Notes under the pieces: model-generated
Databases searched by the model: none
The model's input: only the letters and a program-made list of their open reading frames with translations
What the model was told of the DNA's origin: nothing
Made by a program: the position numbers and the translations under genes
Part shown: positions 50,301 through 60,907 of the stretch, in pieces
How positions within the stretch are numbered: the stretch's first letter is position 1
Layout of the letters: each line of letters begins with the position of its first letter
Assembly: GCA_963811105.1 (NCBI GenBank)
Contig: CAWEPZ010000009.1
Coordinates: forward strand, 192,001 to 256,000
Source of the DNA: Candidatus Bathyarchaeota archaeon
GTDB taxonomy: Archaea; Thermoproteota; Bathyarchaeia; Bathyarchaeales; Bathycorpusculaceae
Reading direction: 5' to 3'
Length of the DNA: 64,000 bases

Positions 50301-51683
50301 TTAACCTGCAGTTCCATAGCCACCAACGGTAACCATAGCGTTTGTTGAGTCTTGGTTTGATTTTGCGTCAACTAAAACTGCCCAAATGATATTTTGTGAA
50401 GGATACAGCGTCATCATGTCGTCATCACTTAGCCAAAGTGCTTGGTTGCCGCTAAATGTTTTTTCCACCCCACCTGAAATCACGTTGTCAACGTATTCAA
50501 AGCGAACCCTAACTGTAATGACTTCGCCACTTGCAAGGTTGCTGACTTCAATTTTCGGCTTGAAACTGTACATTTTCATGGGGGCCGTTTGGATGCTTAT
50601 GCTATCAGTGTACTGGTTGTTTGTTCCTATGGGAACAGTCTGGTTTGCTTTTTCGAAGGCGCTGCCGATGCCTGAAATCCACTTGCTAAAAGGGTTATAA
50701 ATCCGGGCGGTCCAGTTGCCGAGGAAACTTACACCGCCATCCACGATTGGCGCAGGATTGCATGTTTCACCTAAATCAAGCGCATATATGCTGTTGGACT
50801 GGTCAGCGAATGATTCGAACACAACTCCTTGCAGTAGGGTTTGATCCATTGAGCCATTGTTTAGGATACCTATCTGGTTTGTTTTGCCGTCTTGTCCTAG
50901 CCAGAAGCGGACATCTTGCAGTTGGCTATCTGAAAGTTGAGCTAACGATTCAACTATGATGCCAATGCTGTTGTCGCGGATGTTGAAGGAACAGCGGTTG
51001 ATTTCAGAGCTGGCGTATGAACCTGTACCGTTACTTCCTGGAGTTCGGAAAGCTATCCCTTCTGATGCGTTTATGAATTGACAATTATCTATTTTATTAT
51101 ATTCACTCCATGTATTGATGTTTGCGAATTCTATGCCTGTGGATGTATTCTCAAAGATCATGTTTGATATCGTAGTTGTAAAAGAATCTTCGATTCTTAT
51201 GGTCGCGTTTATGAGTGTTAAGCCTGAGATGATTGCGTATTTTGATGCGGTATAGTTGTCGCCGCGAATGATAATTTTGAAGCCGTTTCCTATGATTGTT
51301 GCTCCGTCGCTGACGATTTTAGCGTTTATTTTGTTTGCTACCAAAACGTTTTGTGTTAGCTTGTAGGAGCCAGGATTAATGTATACGGATTTTCCTTCAG
51401 ACATCAAAATATTAATTGCGTAGGACAAGCTTGTCGGCACGGTTGTTGTTGAACCAGTTAACATGTTCTTTAGCAGGCAGCCGCTACCATCTTGAGAAAC
51501 CACATAATCATAATTAACAGCGCTGGTATCTGGTGGGCCACTGGTTCGTTCAAAAATCAAGAAAGTATTGATTGCTGACAGAGCAAACAACACTACAAGA
51601 ATGACAACAAGGAAACGTTTGGAGACAGTTACTTGTGAGTTAACTTTCATCTTGCTGGGGCTCAAGCGGGTTTTAAAGTACAT
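50301..51683 (-). CDS. Membrane-anchored protein with predicted beta-helix (pectin-lyase-like) domain
   Basis: N-terminal TM; VYINPGSY; repeated I.N..F units rich in Asn, Ile and Ser. Confidence 0.65.
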   Translation of the reverse strand: MYFKTRLSPSKMKVNSQVTVSKRFLVVILVVLFALSAINTFLIFERTSGPPDTSAVNYDYVVSQDGSGCLLKNMLTGSTTTVPTSLSYAINILMSEGKSVYINPGSYKLTQNVLVANKINAKIVSDGATIIGNGFKIIIRGDNYTASKYAIISGLTLINATIRIEDSFTTTISNMIFENTSTGIEFANINTWSEYNKIDNCQFINASEGIAFRTPGSNGTGSYASSEINRCSFNIRDNSIGIIVESLAQLSDSQLQDVRFWLGQDGKTNQIGILNNGSMDQTLLQGVVFESFADQSNSIYALDLGETCNPAPIVDGGVSFLGNWTARIYNPFSKWISGIGSAFEKANQTVPIGTNNQYTDSISIQTAPMKMYSFKPKIEVSNLASGEVITVRVRFEYVDNVISGGVEKTFSGNQALWLSDDDMMTLYPSQNIIWAVLVDAKSNQDSTNAMVTVGGYGTAG

Positions 51684-51837
51684 CTAAAGAGTCAACGTTA
51701 ATTAAATTTTGTCTAACAACCGACGAAAACCTAAAATTGCCTAAATTTATCTTTCAGTTAAGGTGCTCCTAAGCAATACAATCTTGCTTTGTGGTAGCGA
51801 TTCTAAGAATAGTTCACTAAGGCAGTTAAATAATTAA

Positions 51838-52134
51838 TCAAAGCTTCACTATTTGAGCGTGAGGGATTCCTTCAATGTTGAGGACAGCGTCGGGGTGAAC
51901 GTAACCCTTGGCTATGGCTTGCTCTACACAACATTTGCCTATCATGTTAACTATGGTTGAATTATCAATCATACCCATAGCTTCCTCAACAGTCGCCTTT
52001 CGACCGTTATAAAACTCTTCTTTAACGTGGAAAACAATTTTTCCTTCCCTAAGAGTACGGCCAAGCAATTCGCAGTCGCAAACTGCCAAGAGAACGTTTC
52101 TGCCTATCTGTTTGAGGTGCACGTAGACTGCCAA
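51838..52134 (-). CDS. DUF424 protein
   Basis: LLAVCDCELLG...FYNG...VNMIG...IEGIPHAQ. Confidence 0.9.
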   Translation of the reverse strand: MAVYVHLKQIGRNVLLAVCDCELLGRTLREGKIVFHVKEEFYNGRKATVEEAMGMIDNSTIVNMIGKCCVEQAIAKGYVHPDAVLNIEGIPHAQIVKL

Positions 52135-52146
52135 TTTTTAGCCTTC

Positions 52147-52557
52147 TCATAGCTGTTTGATTGATGATTTTGCCCCACAAGCATTGCAAACTAGAAAAGA
52201 TAGGCGTTTTTCTTTAACAATTCTGGTATCGGGTCGTTTGCACACAGGACAAACAACATAACTCTCCAGATACCGCTGTAGCAATCGCTCGAAACTATCG
52301 AAACGGAACTTACCTTGAAAGATGGCTCTTGAATCTTGAAATGTCGCCGCCGTGGCCATTTCGCGGGTTAAAAATTTCAGCACATGCTGAGGGTCTCGAT
52401 CCAAAGCATCTGATACTTCTTTAAAATTAGAAATTATAGTTCGCATGCCTACTGTGTTAACCATTAATCTTGGCAGTTCTAAGCGCTCACGTTTTGCTGA
52501 AACTTCAGGCATCTGTGCGCATGCCTTTTTTAGTAAGTCATCATAATTAAAGGACAT
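52147..52557 (-). CDS. eif2b: Translation initiation factor aIF-2 beta subunit
   Basis: RTIISNF, LDRDPQH, CPVCKRPDT...CNACGA. Confidence 0.95.
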   Translation of the reverse strand: MSFNYDDLLKKACAQMPEVSAKRERLELPRLMVNTVGMRTIISNFKEVSDALDRDPQHVLKFLTREMATAATFQDSRAIFQGKFRFDSFERLLQRYLESYVVCPVCKRPDTRIVKEKRLSFLVCNACGAKSSIKQL

Positions 52558-52712
52558 ATTAAACAGCTCATCTAATCATTAATGTACCATATATTTAAAA
52601 ATTATAATTCTACACCGCTATTTTAACATAGGAGAATCATATATTTCTAACAGCAAATCATTAGTAATTCGAAATGACATGAAGAGTAACTCTAACCTGA
52701 GGGGCTAATTAG

Positions 52713-53663
52713 GTGACTAAGGAACAAACCAGCCAAAAAGAAGACATTAAACAGCAACTTCAAAAGTTAAGAGAGCAAGCTAACACAGCTAACGCTCAAA
52801 TCAGCAAACACATCGAAAACAGAAACCAACTAAACGATCAATTTAAGAAAGCTCGTGGCGAAATTGATGAGCTAAAAAAAGAGCGAGACAGCATTAATGG
52901 GAAAGTTAAGGCGCTCAAACAGGAAAGAAACGCAATTAGAGCTCAAACTTCACCCATTACTGAGAAAATAAACCTTGCAAAAGGAAAAATTGATGAACTT
53001 AAAAAGAAATTGCCACGGGTCAGCCAAGGGGAGTTGCAAGAGGAGTTTGATGCAATTGAATGGAAAATCCAGACAACCTCTCTTGATTTAAAAGAGGAAA
53101 AGTTGCTCATAGAAGATGTAAAGCAGCTTGAAATTCAACTTTCAGGATATAAAAAAATTGACGCCCAACACAAGAAAATCAATGATTTAATTGCTCAGCG
53201 AAGAGTCTTTGATAATCAAGCCGATGTAGTTCATAAGGAATTAACTGACTTAGCTAATAATAGTCAAGCCCTACATTCAATCATTGTTGAGAAAGTAAAT
53301 TCAACCAAGATGATTAGAGCCCAAGCAGACGGCGAGCATCAAGCTTTCCTTAAGACAAAAGAAGAAATTTCCTCCTTATACGAGAAAATCACAGAGCTAA
53401 GCATGCAGCTGCGAGGAGTTTATGATTCTTTAAGAGAGGAATATAAAGCCAGAAAAGCCTCAAATGAGCAAACTGCAAAGGACCAGCAACAAGCATTTTT
53501 GGAGAGGCAACAGGCAACCAAGGCAAAAGAGCAGGCCATTAGAGAAAAGCTAGAGACTGAAGCTAAGGAGAAACTTCAGAAGGGCGAAGAATTAAGCTGG
53601 GATGAGTTCAAACTGGTTATGGGCGATGACGCTGAAGATAAGGACTCAGAGACACAAAACTAA
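52713..53663 (+). CDS. Archaeal coiled-coil protein (COG1340-like)
   Basis: IEWKIQTTSLDL.EEK, KLQKGEELSWDEF. Confidence 0.85.
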   Translation: MTKEQTSQKEDIKQQLQKLREQANTANAQISKHIENRNQLNDQFKKARGEIDELKKERDSINGKVKALKQERNAIRAQTSPITEKINLAKGKIDELKKKLPRVSQGELQEEFDAIEWKIQTTSLDLKEEKLLIEDVKQLEIQLSGYKKIDAQHKKINDLIAQRRVFDNQADVVHKELTDLANNSQALHSIIVEKVNSTKMIRAQADGEHQAFLKTKEEISSLYEKITELSMQLRGVYDSLREEYKARKASNEQTAKDQQQAFLERQQATKAKEQAIREKLETEAKEKLQKGEELSWDEFKLVMGDDAEDKDSETQN

Positions 53664-53680
53664 AGTTCATTCAAGGTAAT

Positions 53681-54928
53681 ATGGGAATAGATATAGAGAT
53701 GGCTAAGAAGGAAACGCAAGAACTAACGCAAAAGCGTATCCTAATTTTATGCGTGGATAGAGATGGCGATCTTGAAACAAAGGCTAAAATAAAAACGCCG
53801 CTTCTTGGAAGAACCGCAAATTTAGACGGCGCAACTTCCCTAGCCTTAAATGATCCTGAAGAACCAGACGCCAATGCTATGTTTGAAGCCATCCGGCTCT
53901 ATGACAGGCTGCAAACTGAGAAGCAGCCTGAAGAAGTTTTCGAGGTTGCCACCATTTCTGGTTCTGATTTGGGCGGTGTTAGCGCTGACAGAAAAGTAGT
54001 TGCTGAATTGAACAATTTACTTGAATCATTTAGCGCAAACGAAGTGATCTTGGTTTCAGATGGTTACTCTGATGAGGCAGTGTTGCCGCTAGTTGAATTT
54101 AGAGTGCCTGTTTCATCTGTTCGGAGGATAGTAATAAAACACAGTGAATCAATTGAAGAAACTGCTGCTCTCTTTTCTAAATATGTCAAGATACTATTTG
54201 ATAACCCTAGATATGCGCGTATGGCTCTGGGTTTACCTGGACTACTTGTTTTTATCTTTGGTATTCTTTGGGCTATCAACCAATTTGTATATCCAGGCGC
54301 CATTTACTATTATGGAATTGCATTTGTAATTATTTTAGGAGGTTTTCTGCTCATCAAAGGATTTGGTATTGACCGATCAGCAAAAGGTTTCTATACATGG
54401 GTAAAAGATTATTCTCCGCCTCCTCTTCCCATGCAAATCTCGAATTATACGATTTTCGCTGGAATCTTATGCGTAGCTGTTAGCGTCTACCTTGGGGTAG
54501 CAAACGTCATAACTAATATCGCACCGTTCCCAGTTAATGCTGCCGGGTGGCTTGCGGCAAGTCCAAGAATAGCCACGTTCTTTATCAAAGGAATCATTGA
54601 TCTTTTGGTGGTAGGGTTAATCATAATTCTTTTCGGCCGCAGCGTCCGATTATATATTGAAAGAGACTCAAGATTACTGCGGAATGTAGCGTTAGTTGTT
54701 ACAGTTGGTTGGTCCCGCTGGATACTTGACGGAACTGCAAACATCATCTACAATCCGTTGAATTCCTCGCAGCCAATCGATATAAATAACGCTTTTTTCC
54801 AAAATTTCGTTTTCACAATAATAGTAGGTATGTTAATTGGTATAGCTTCCATATTGTTGATTTACATTATTAACAGGTCAACTAAAGATTTCTTCCAGAA
54901 ACCAGATAGAAATCAAACGGCAAAATGA
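53681..54928 (+). CDS. DUF373 membrane protein
   Basis: LCVDRDGDL, DPEEPDANA, VSDGYSDE, LGLPG plus TMs. Confidence 0.9.
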   Translation: MGIDIEMAKKETQELTQKRILILCVDRDGDLETKAKIKTPLLGRTANLDGATSLALNDPEEPDANAMFEAIRLYDRLQTEKQPEEVFEVATISGSDLGGVSADRKVVAELNNLLESFSANEVILVSDGYSDEAVLPLVEFRVPVSSVRRIVIKHSESIEETAALFSKYVKILFDNPRYARMALGLPGLLVFIFGILWAINQFVYPGAIYYYGIAFVIILGGFLLIKGFGIDRSAKGFYTWVKDYSPPPLPMQISNYTIFAGILCVAVSVYLGVANVITNIAPFPVNAAGWLAASPRIATFFIKGIIDLLVVGLIIILFGRSVRLYIERDSRLLRNVALVVTVGWSRWILDGTANIIYNPLNSSQPIDINNAFFQNFVFTIIVGMLIGIASILLIYIINRSTKDFFQKPDRNQTAK

Positions 54929-55057
54929 ATTCTTTCCCAGCATTTTCGGCAGTGATTAGAGCAAGATTTAATTGAAACTACCAAGATTTTTAATTGTAAT
55001 GCATAATTTCAAGTTAGCCCCAATTCAAGAACGATTTAACCAGCGAGGTCACGTTTA

Positions 55058-55840
55058 ATGCTAAAAAGAATGCTTTCTTTTATTGGCGCTTATAAGTTAT
55101 ATCAGAAATGGCTTTGGCAACAGGTGAAGGATGATGTAAAACCTGAACATATTGCCATAATTTTAGATGGAAATAGGCGCTGGGCTAACGAAATGGAACT
55201 TAATCCATGGTTGGGTCATAAGCATGGAGCTGACACAGTTGAGCTACTTCTAGATTGGTGCCATATGCTTAATGTGAAATACGTGACGCTTTACACTTTT
55301 TCCACTGAAAACTTTACACGCAATTCAGAGGAAGTGGAAAAGATTATGCAGATTGCAGAAGAAAGATTCCGTAAACTTCTAAAAGATGAGCGTTTACATC
55401 GTGACAAAGTTCACGTCAAAGTTATTGGAAGAGCTAATCTTCTACCCAAAAGTTTGCAAGAAAGCATAACAGATATTGAGAAGGCAACAGAAAATTATGA
55501 TAGCTACTTCTGGAACTTTGCTTTCGCGTATGGTGGAAGAGCGGAAATTGTTGATGCCGCCAAAACTATTGCTAGCAAAGTGAAAAGTGGCGAGCTTGAT
55601 TTAGATGATGTATCTGAGAGTACCTTTGAAAAGTACCTTTACACTTCACATATGGATAAGCAAGATCCAGATATAGTTATACGCACTTCTGGTGAAGAAC
55701 GCTTAAGCGGGTTCTTGCTTTGGCAGGCTGCTTACAGTGAACTTCTTTTCTTGGACGTTTTTTGGCCTGAATTTCGTCTGATTGATTTGTTAAGAGCGAT
55801 TAGGACTTTTCAGAGACGTAAGCGACGCTTCGGCAAGTAG
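55058..55840 (+). CDS. uppS: cis-prenyltransferase (polyprenyl diphosphate synthase)
   Basis: HIAIILDGNRRWA, FSTENF, YGGRAEI, IRTSGEERLSGFLLWQ, RRFG. Confidence 0.97.
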   Translation: MLKRMLSFIGAYKLYQKWLWQQVKDDVKPEHIAIILDGNRRWANEMELNPWLGHKHGADTVELLLDWCHMLNVKYVTLYTFSTENFTRNSEEVEKIMQIAEERFRKLLKDERLHRDKVHVKVIGRANLLPKSLQESITDIEKATENYDSYFWNFAFAYGGRAEIVDAAKTIASKVKSGELDLDDVSESTFEKYLYTSHMDKQDPDIVIRTSGEERLSGFLLWQAAYSELLFLDVFWPEFRLIDLLRAIRTFQRRKRRFGK

Positions 55841-55848
55841 ATACTAGA

Positions 55849-57072
55849 TTAAGCTCGTTTTTTTGCGCTGACTATTGAGATAACATCGCGGTCTTTAAGG
55901 ATGGCATCTTCACCAATCTTTCTCTTGTCACGAGCATCAACAGCGTAAATGAAGCTTTCTCCAAGTTCCGTATGAATTATGTAGGCAAACTGATGAGCTG
56001 TTGTTCCTTGCGGTACAAGATAGGTATCTGGCAGCACTCGTCCGTTGTGGTCGGATAGATGCTCCAAGTCTTCAACTGGATAAACGGTTATCATGTTGAG
56101 AAGTTTAAAGTAAGCCATGTTCATTGCTTCTTGAATACCAGTTGAACCGTTTTTAGCGAGTACTTTTTCGTGTATAGCTTCTAACGCTTTAATTTGGCCT
56201 GGAGACAGCTTTTCTGGTTGAGCAATTTTGAAATTGGTGTCACCCGGCTTGTATTCGATTAATTGTTTTTCAGCGGCCCGTCTGAGAGCTAGTTCAGCTT
56301 CTGCGGAGCATGGAATAACAATGTAATTAAGCTTTTTCATTCGCTCCAAGTTAGCTTGAGCCGACGGCAAGTCAATTTTATTGGCCACTATAAGCATGGG
56401 TTTTGAGATGCGCCTTAAATTGTCAATAAACTTGTAAAAGTCTTCATCTGTCCATGTGGCTGGTTTATCTACATTTAAGTTAGATCTTTTGATAGCTTCA
56501 GCGACTTGTTGGCGTCTTATGCCTAAACCGGTTAAACGCTCTTCAAGGGGGATGGCGATACCTTTTTTGTCTGCCTCAGCAGTCCTTGCGATTTTCGGCC
56601 AATCTTTTTTTAGTATTGTGATCATCCACATTGTAATTTCGCGTTCAAGAAATTGCACGTCTTCCAATGGGTCGTGTTCTCCGGGTTTGCAGACTTTTCC
56701 TTCGCAATCTGTTCCGCCTGAAGCATCAACTACATGGATAAGGGCGTCTGCCCTACGTATTTCATCAAGGAACTGGTTGCCTAAGCCGCGTCCTTCCCAC
56801 GCGCCTGGCACAATCCCAGCTATATCAATTAATTCTACAGGAACCAGCCTTGTTCCATCTAGGCAGAGGGAGTTTCTTGGGTTGTCTTTTACTTTAAAAT
56901 CTTTGTGAACGCAAGGCGTTCGGACATAACCGACTCCCCTGTTTGGCTTAATGGTTGTAAAAGGATAATTCGCTATTTCAGCGGCCGCCAAGGTTGCAGC
57001 GCTAAAAAATGTGGATTTCCCTGTATTAGGCTTTCCAACTACACCGAGTAATCTGGAGTAGGATCTTTGCAT
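55849..57072 (-). CDS. ychF: Archaeal YchF/OBG-family NTPase with TGS domain
   Basis: GKPNTGKST, ANYPFTTI, DIAG, GLGNQFL, NKID, TGS domain. Confidence 0.94.
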   Translation of the reverse strand: MQRSYSRLLGVVGKPNTGKSTFFSAATLAAAEIANYPFTTIKPNRGVGYVRTPCVHKDFKVKDNPRNSLCLDGTRLVPVELIDIAGIVPGAWEGRGLGNQFLDEIRRADALIHVVDASGGTDCEGKVCKPGEHDPLEDVQFLEREITMWMITILKKDWPKIARTAEADKKGIAIPLEERLTGLGIRRQQVAEAIKRSNLNVDKPATWTDEDFYKFIDNLRRISKPMLIVANKIDLPSAQANLERMKKLNYIVIPCSAEAELALRRAAEKQLIEYKPGDTNFKIAQPEKLSPGQIKALEAIHEKVLAKNGSTGIQEAMNMAYFKLLNMITVYPVEDLEHLSDHNGRVLPDTYLVPQGTTAHQFAYIIHTELGESFIYAVDARDKRKIGEDAILKDRDVISIVSAKKRA

Positions 57073-57239
57073 TGTTACTTCACGTTACGTATTGTTGCAA
57101 CGTGTGACGCTATATTGTTTATGCTTCATTAAATGAAAAATGTATTTCTGTAATTCTATTCATCTAAAATTGTGATTTAACGATATAATAATAAGCATGA
57201 GGTGATAACGTCAATTCATTCACGAATCACGTAACGGTA

Positions 57240-59705
57240 ATGAATAAGGTGAACCGGAAGATCTCGCCCAAATTTCTCGTATTATTAGCTATTTCGTTGT
57301 TTATTGTAAGCTACGTTCCTGAGCTTGCAAGTACAAGTTTGGCCGCTTCGCCTAGAGATAATTGGGTTGGTCGGCCGATGCACATCGCCACTCTGGTTGA
57401 TCCTTTTGCTTTATCCGGATATTCGCCTAGCCAAATACGTGGTGCTTATGGCTTGCCTTCTTCAGGCGGGGTTGGTGCTACGATTGCAATAATTGACTCT
57501 TTTGATTCCCCAAACATTAGGAATGATTTAGCGGTATTTTCCACTCGATTTGATTTGCCAGCGCCCTCAAACAGTAATTTCGAAGTGCATCCAATGTCTG
57601 CAAACATGGATACAAATAGCAGTTGGACAGAGGAAACTTGTTTGGATGTGGAGTGGGCTCATGCTATTGCGCCAGATGCTAAAATACTGTTAGTTGAGGC
57701 ACAATCCGATGATTCCACTGACCTTTTGGCAGCTATTAATTATACTCAGTATCGATCAGACGTTGTTGCCGTTTCTATGAGTTGGGGCACTCCTGAATAT
57801 CCCCAGGAAGTAATTGATGATTTGACTTTCCTAAACTCTAACAGCATGCAATTTTTTGCTGCCTCAGGCGATAATGGAACGATTATGTGGCCGGCTAGTT
57901 CACCGTTGGTGGTCGCTGTGGGAGGAACATCGCTTAACCTAAACAGTGATGGCTCAGTTAATTCTGAGATTGCTTGGAGTGGAAGCGGAGGCGGAGTAAG
58001 CAGATATGAACGTATATCTAGCGAACAAAAGAATTATGGTTTAACGGGAACTAAACGGTGTGTTCCTGACGTTTCATACGATGCTGATACATCGACAGGT
58101 TTTTTGGCATACTGCAATTCCCAATGGTACAAGATGGGAGGAACAAGCGCAGGAACACCTCAATGGGCAGCCATGTATGCATTAGGCCGCTCTGCAACAA
58201 ACGCTTATCTTTATGCAAAAGCAAAAACGTTCTATTCCTCTTATTTCCGGGACATCACCTCAGGCTCAAACGGTGCATACAATGCAACGGCAGGTTATGA
58301 CTTTGTTACTGGTTTAGGGAGCCCCTTAACCTACAATTTTGCTTTTGGCGTAACAGTTTCGCCTAATTCCGGTCCAGCTCAAGGAGGTATAACGCTTAAC
58401 GGAGATGGATTGACGCCCAGCGGCTCTGTAAACATTTCCTGGCTAAACCCGTTGACTTCCGCATGGGTACTAATAGCAAATAATGTAACTGCAGATTCAT
58501 TAGGTCATTTTACTTATTCTTCTAGTGCTCCTGATTTATTACAAGATAATCCAGCCGGCGATAATCAACCCAACCTTAACAATATTATTTTCCGAGCAAA
58601 GGATAACAGCAATGGAAATCTGTGCAATACGACTATTCCTTACACAGAATGGCGTAGAGGCTTAACTCAAATAGACAGCCAAGCGGCAACAGGATTATAT
58701 GGTAACCGAACAAATCTTGCAACAAAGGCTTTTGTACAAAACGGGCAATTAATAACAACGTCGGGTAAATGGTTCGTACCAGGCACAGCAACGTTATTCT
58801 GGGATAGCACAATCAACTTGGGAACGGCAGCGATTGATGCAACGGGAGCCTTCAGTGCTAACGTTACTGTCCCATCATCAACTTTGGGGCAACATACAGT
58901 TACCATAAATGATGGCGCTTCCAACTTCTGCGTAAATGTAACTCGTTCACCAATTATTGCCAACGATTATATTTATTCTTGGCATACTTCGGACATCCTA
59001 GTGAACTTGACACCAGAGGATAACGTAACGGAAACATACTATTCGATCAATAATGGACCAGTCTGCAACGTTAGCGCATACGGACAACCAACCATATCAA
59101 CTGAAGGCACGAATAACACGCTTGAGTACTGGTGCACATGGAACTTTTATGGAACAGGTAACATGGAACTTCCTCACATAACTTTAACAGACATACAATT
59201 ACAAAAAACATCACCCCAAGGATTAATGCAGATAAACAACGGCGCATCATCTACAAATACAAACACAGTAACACTAACGGTAAGTGCAACCTCGTTATCT
59301 GGCGTTTGCCAAATGAGGTTTAGTAACGACGGCATCTGGGATACTGAATCCTGGGAGACCTTTTCAACACCCAGAGCATGGATGCTTACAAACGGCGATG
59401 GGGTAAAAACTGTTTATTGTCAAGTAAAAGATAACGCAGGCTTAACAGCAAGTTTTGCTAGTTCATTATCTCTTACAGTCCTACAAGCAACGGCGACTCC
59501 CACACCAAGCTACAGCAGTCCACCTCTATCAACTCCCTCGTCATCTCCAAGTGCAACTCCTTCGCCGAGCAAATCCTCGTCACCAGCTCCTTCACCAACG
59601 CCTGAAGCACCAGAATCAAGCATTCAAATGGTTCTTATCCTTCTCGCTTTGGTAACGTTTTCTTTTATGATTAAACAAAAAAGCAAAACGCAAAATCAAA
59701 ACTAG
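57240..59705 (+). CDS. Surface-anchored S53 (sedolisin-family) peptidase
   Basis: EETCLDVEW, AASGDNG, GGTSAGTP, GYDFVTGLGSP; Ig-like domains, Ser/Pro linker, PE-TM-basic tail. Confidence 0.9.
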   Translation: MNKVNRKISPKFLVLLAISLFIVSYVPELASTSLAASPRDNWVGRPMHIATLVDPFALSGYSPSQIRGAYGLPSSGGVGATIAIIDSFDSPNIRNDLAVFSTRFDLPAPSNSNFEVHPMSANMDTNSSWTEETCLDVEWAHAIAPDAKILLVEAQSDDSTDLLAAINYTQYRSDVVAVSMSWGTPEYPQEVIDDLTFLNSNSMQFFAASGDNGTIMWPASSPLVVAVGGTSLNLNSDGSVNSEIAWSGSGGGVSRYERISSEQKNYGLTGTKRCVPDVSYDADTSTGFLAYCNSQWYKMGGTSAGTPQWAAMYALGRSATNAYLYAKAKTFYSSYFRDITSGSNGAYNATAGYDFVTGLGSPLTYNFAFGVTVSPNSGPAQGGITLNGDGLTPSGSVNISWLNPLTSAWVLIANNVTADSLGHFTYSSSAPDLLQDNPAGDNQPNLNNIIFRAKDNSNGNLCNTTIPYTEWRRGLTQIDSQAATGLYGNRTNLATKAFVQNGQLITTSGKWFVPGTATLFWDSTINLGTAAIDATGAFSANVTVPSSTLGQHTVTINDGASNFCVNVTRSPIIANDYIYSWHTSDILVNLTPEDNVTETYYSINNGPVCNVSAYGQPTISTEGTNNTLEYWCTWNFYGTGNMELPHITLTDIQLQKTSPQGLMQINNGASSTNTNTVTLTVSATSLSGVCQMRFSNDGIWDTESWETFSTPRAWMLTNGDGVKTVYCQVKDNAGLTASFASSLSLTVLQATATPTPSYSSPPLSTPSSSPSATPSPSKSSSPAPSPTPEAPESSIQMVLILLALVTFSFMIKQKSKTQNQN

Positions 59706-59777
59706 CAAACAATCCTCTATTTTCAAAAGTGAACTATGTTTTTAAGTCAAAGCATTTTCTATTTTCTTGGTGTTTTC

Positions 59778-60443
59778 GTGAAAATCGCTGAAGGAATCTA
59801 TCAAATAGAAGGAATCAATGGTAACGTTTACTTGGTTGAAGATGGAGAAAAACTAATCTTAATTGATACAGGTTTGCCTCGAAGCGGCAATAAAATAATA
59901 AAATACCTCGAAAAACTGGGGCGCAATCCCACGGATGTCTCCACTATTGTGTTAACTCATTTTCACATTGACCATGTTGGAAGCGCCAAGAAAATGAAGG
60001 AGGCCACAGGCGCAAAAGTCGCGGTTCATGAGCTTGATGCCGACTATGTCGCTGGTAAAAGAGCTCCTCCCAAACCTAAGAACCTGATTTTTAGAGCGTT
60101 TAGTTCTGTCGTTAAGCCTTCAGCAGTTGAGGTTGATTTACCGCTCAATGATGGTGACAAAATTGGAAAGCTGCGGGTTATACATACACCTGGGCATTCT
60201 GAAGGAAGCATCTCGCTATTGGACGCTGAAAGAAAAGCCATGTTTGTAGGCGATGCAATAAGGTTTACAGATGGCAAGATTACTGGTCCGCCAGAACAGT
60301 TCACCTTAGACCCTGCCAGAGCGAAAGAATCCATCGGGAAAATAGGCACTTTTGACTTTGATATTATGCTTAGCGGACATGGTAAACCACTAATGCCAAA
60401 CGCTTCACAGAAAATCAAGGAATTCTATGCTACTCTGAAGTAG
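59778..60443 (+). CDS. Metallo-beta-lactamase-fold hydrolase
   Basis: LIDTG, THFHIDHVG, HTPGHS, VGDA, SGHG. Confidence 0.92.
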   Translation: MKIAEGIYQIEGINGNVYLVEDGEKLILIDTGLPRSGNKIIKYLEKLGRNPTDVSTIVLTHFHIDHVGSAKKMKEATGAKVAVHELDADYVAGKRAPPKPKNLIFRAFSSVVKPSAVEVDLPLNDGDKIGKLRVIHTPGHSEGSISLLDAERKAMFVGDAIRFTDGKITGPPEQFTLDPARAKESIGKIGTFDFDIMLSGHGKPLMPNASQKIKEFYATLK

Positions 60444-60446
60444 TTT

Positions 60447-60790
60447 CGCTCATTGCATTCTGGACTATTCGGTTTTCCTTGCGAACGGATTCTTTGCCTC
60501 TTAGTGCTAAGAAAAACGGCGGTTAAGAAGCAGAATACTGCTGCAAATATGAAAGCTTTAGTTAAGCGCAATCATGAAGGGCGAGGCTATAGCGTTTGGG
60601 AAGAAGGCTTGGCCAGTCAAGATGTTTAATGTATTTTGAGGAAGGCTTGCTGCTACGGTTGGATCCATTACATGCAGCAATGTGACTATTGGGTTATATC
60701 CCAGAAATGCCGCGAAAAGTGTGCCTGAAGACAGGAGTATGACCAAAAGAGGCGGCTTTTGCGTCGGAGCCCCAGTATAGGCTACTGTCG
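60447..60790 (-). pseudogene. MFS transporter C-terminal fragment
   Basis: LFAAFLGYNP...LTGQAFFPNAIASPFM; internal stop; no N-terminus. Confidence 0.6.
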
Positions 60791-60907
60791 TTGAAAGCGC
60801 AACCCTTTTGGTATTGTACCATATGCTCGGTCAGTCTGAAGTCTTCTTTTGCCAAAGTGATGCTTATTATAAAGAGTTGCTCGACAAACCCATTGTATTC
60901 TGAGTTG

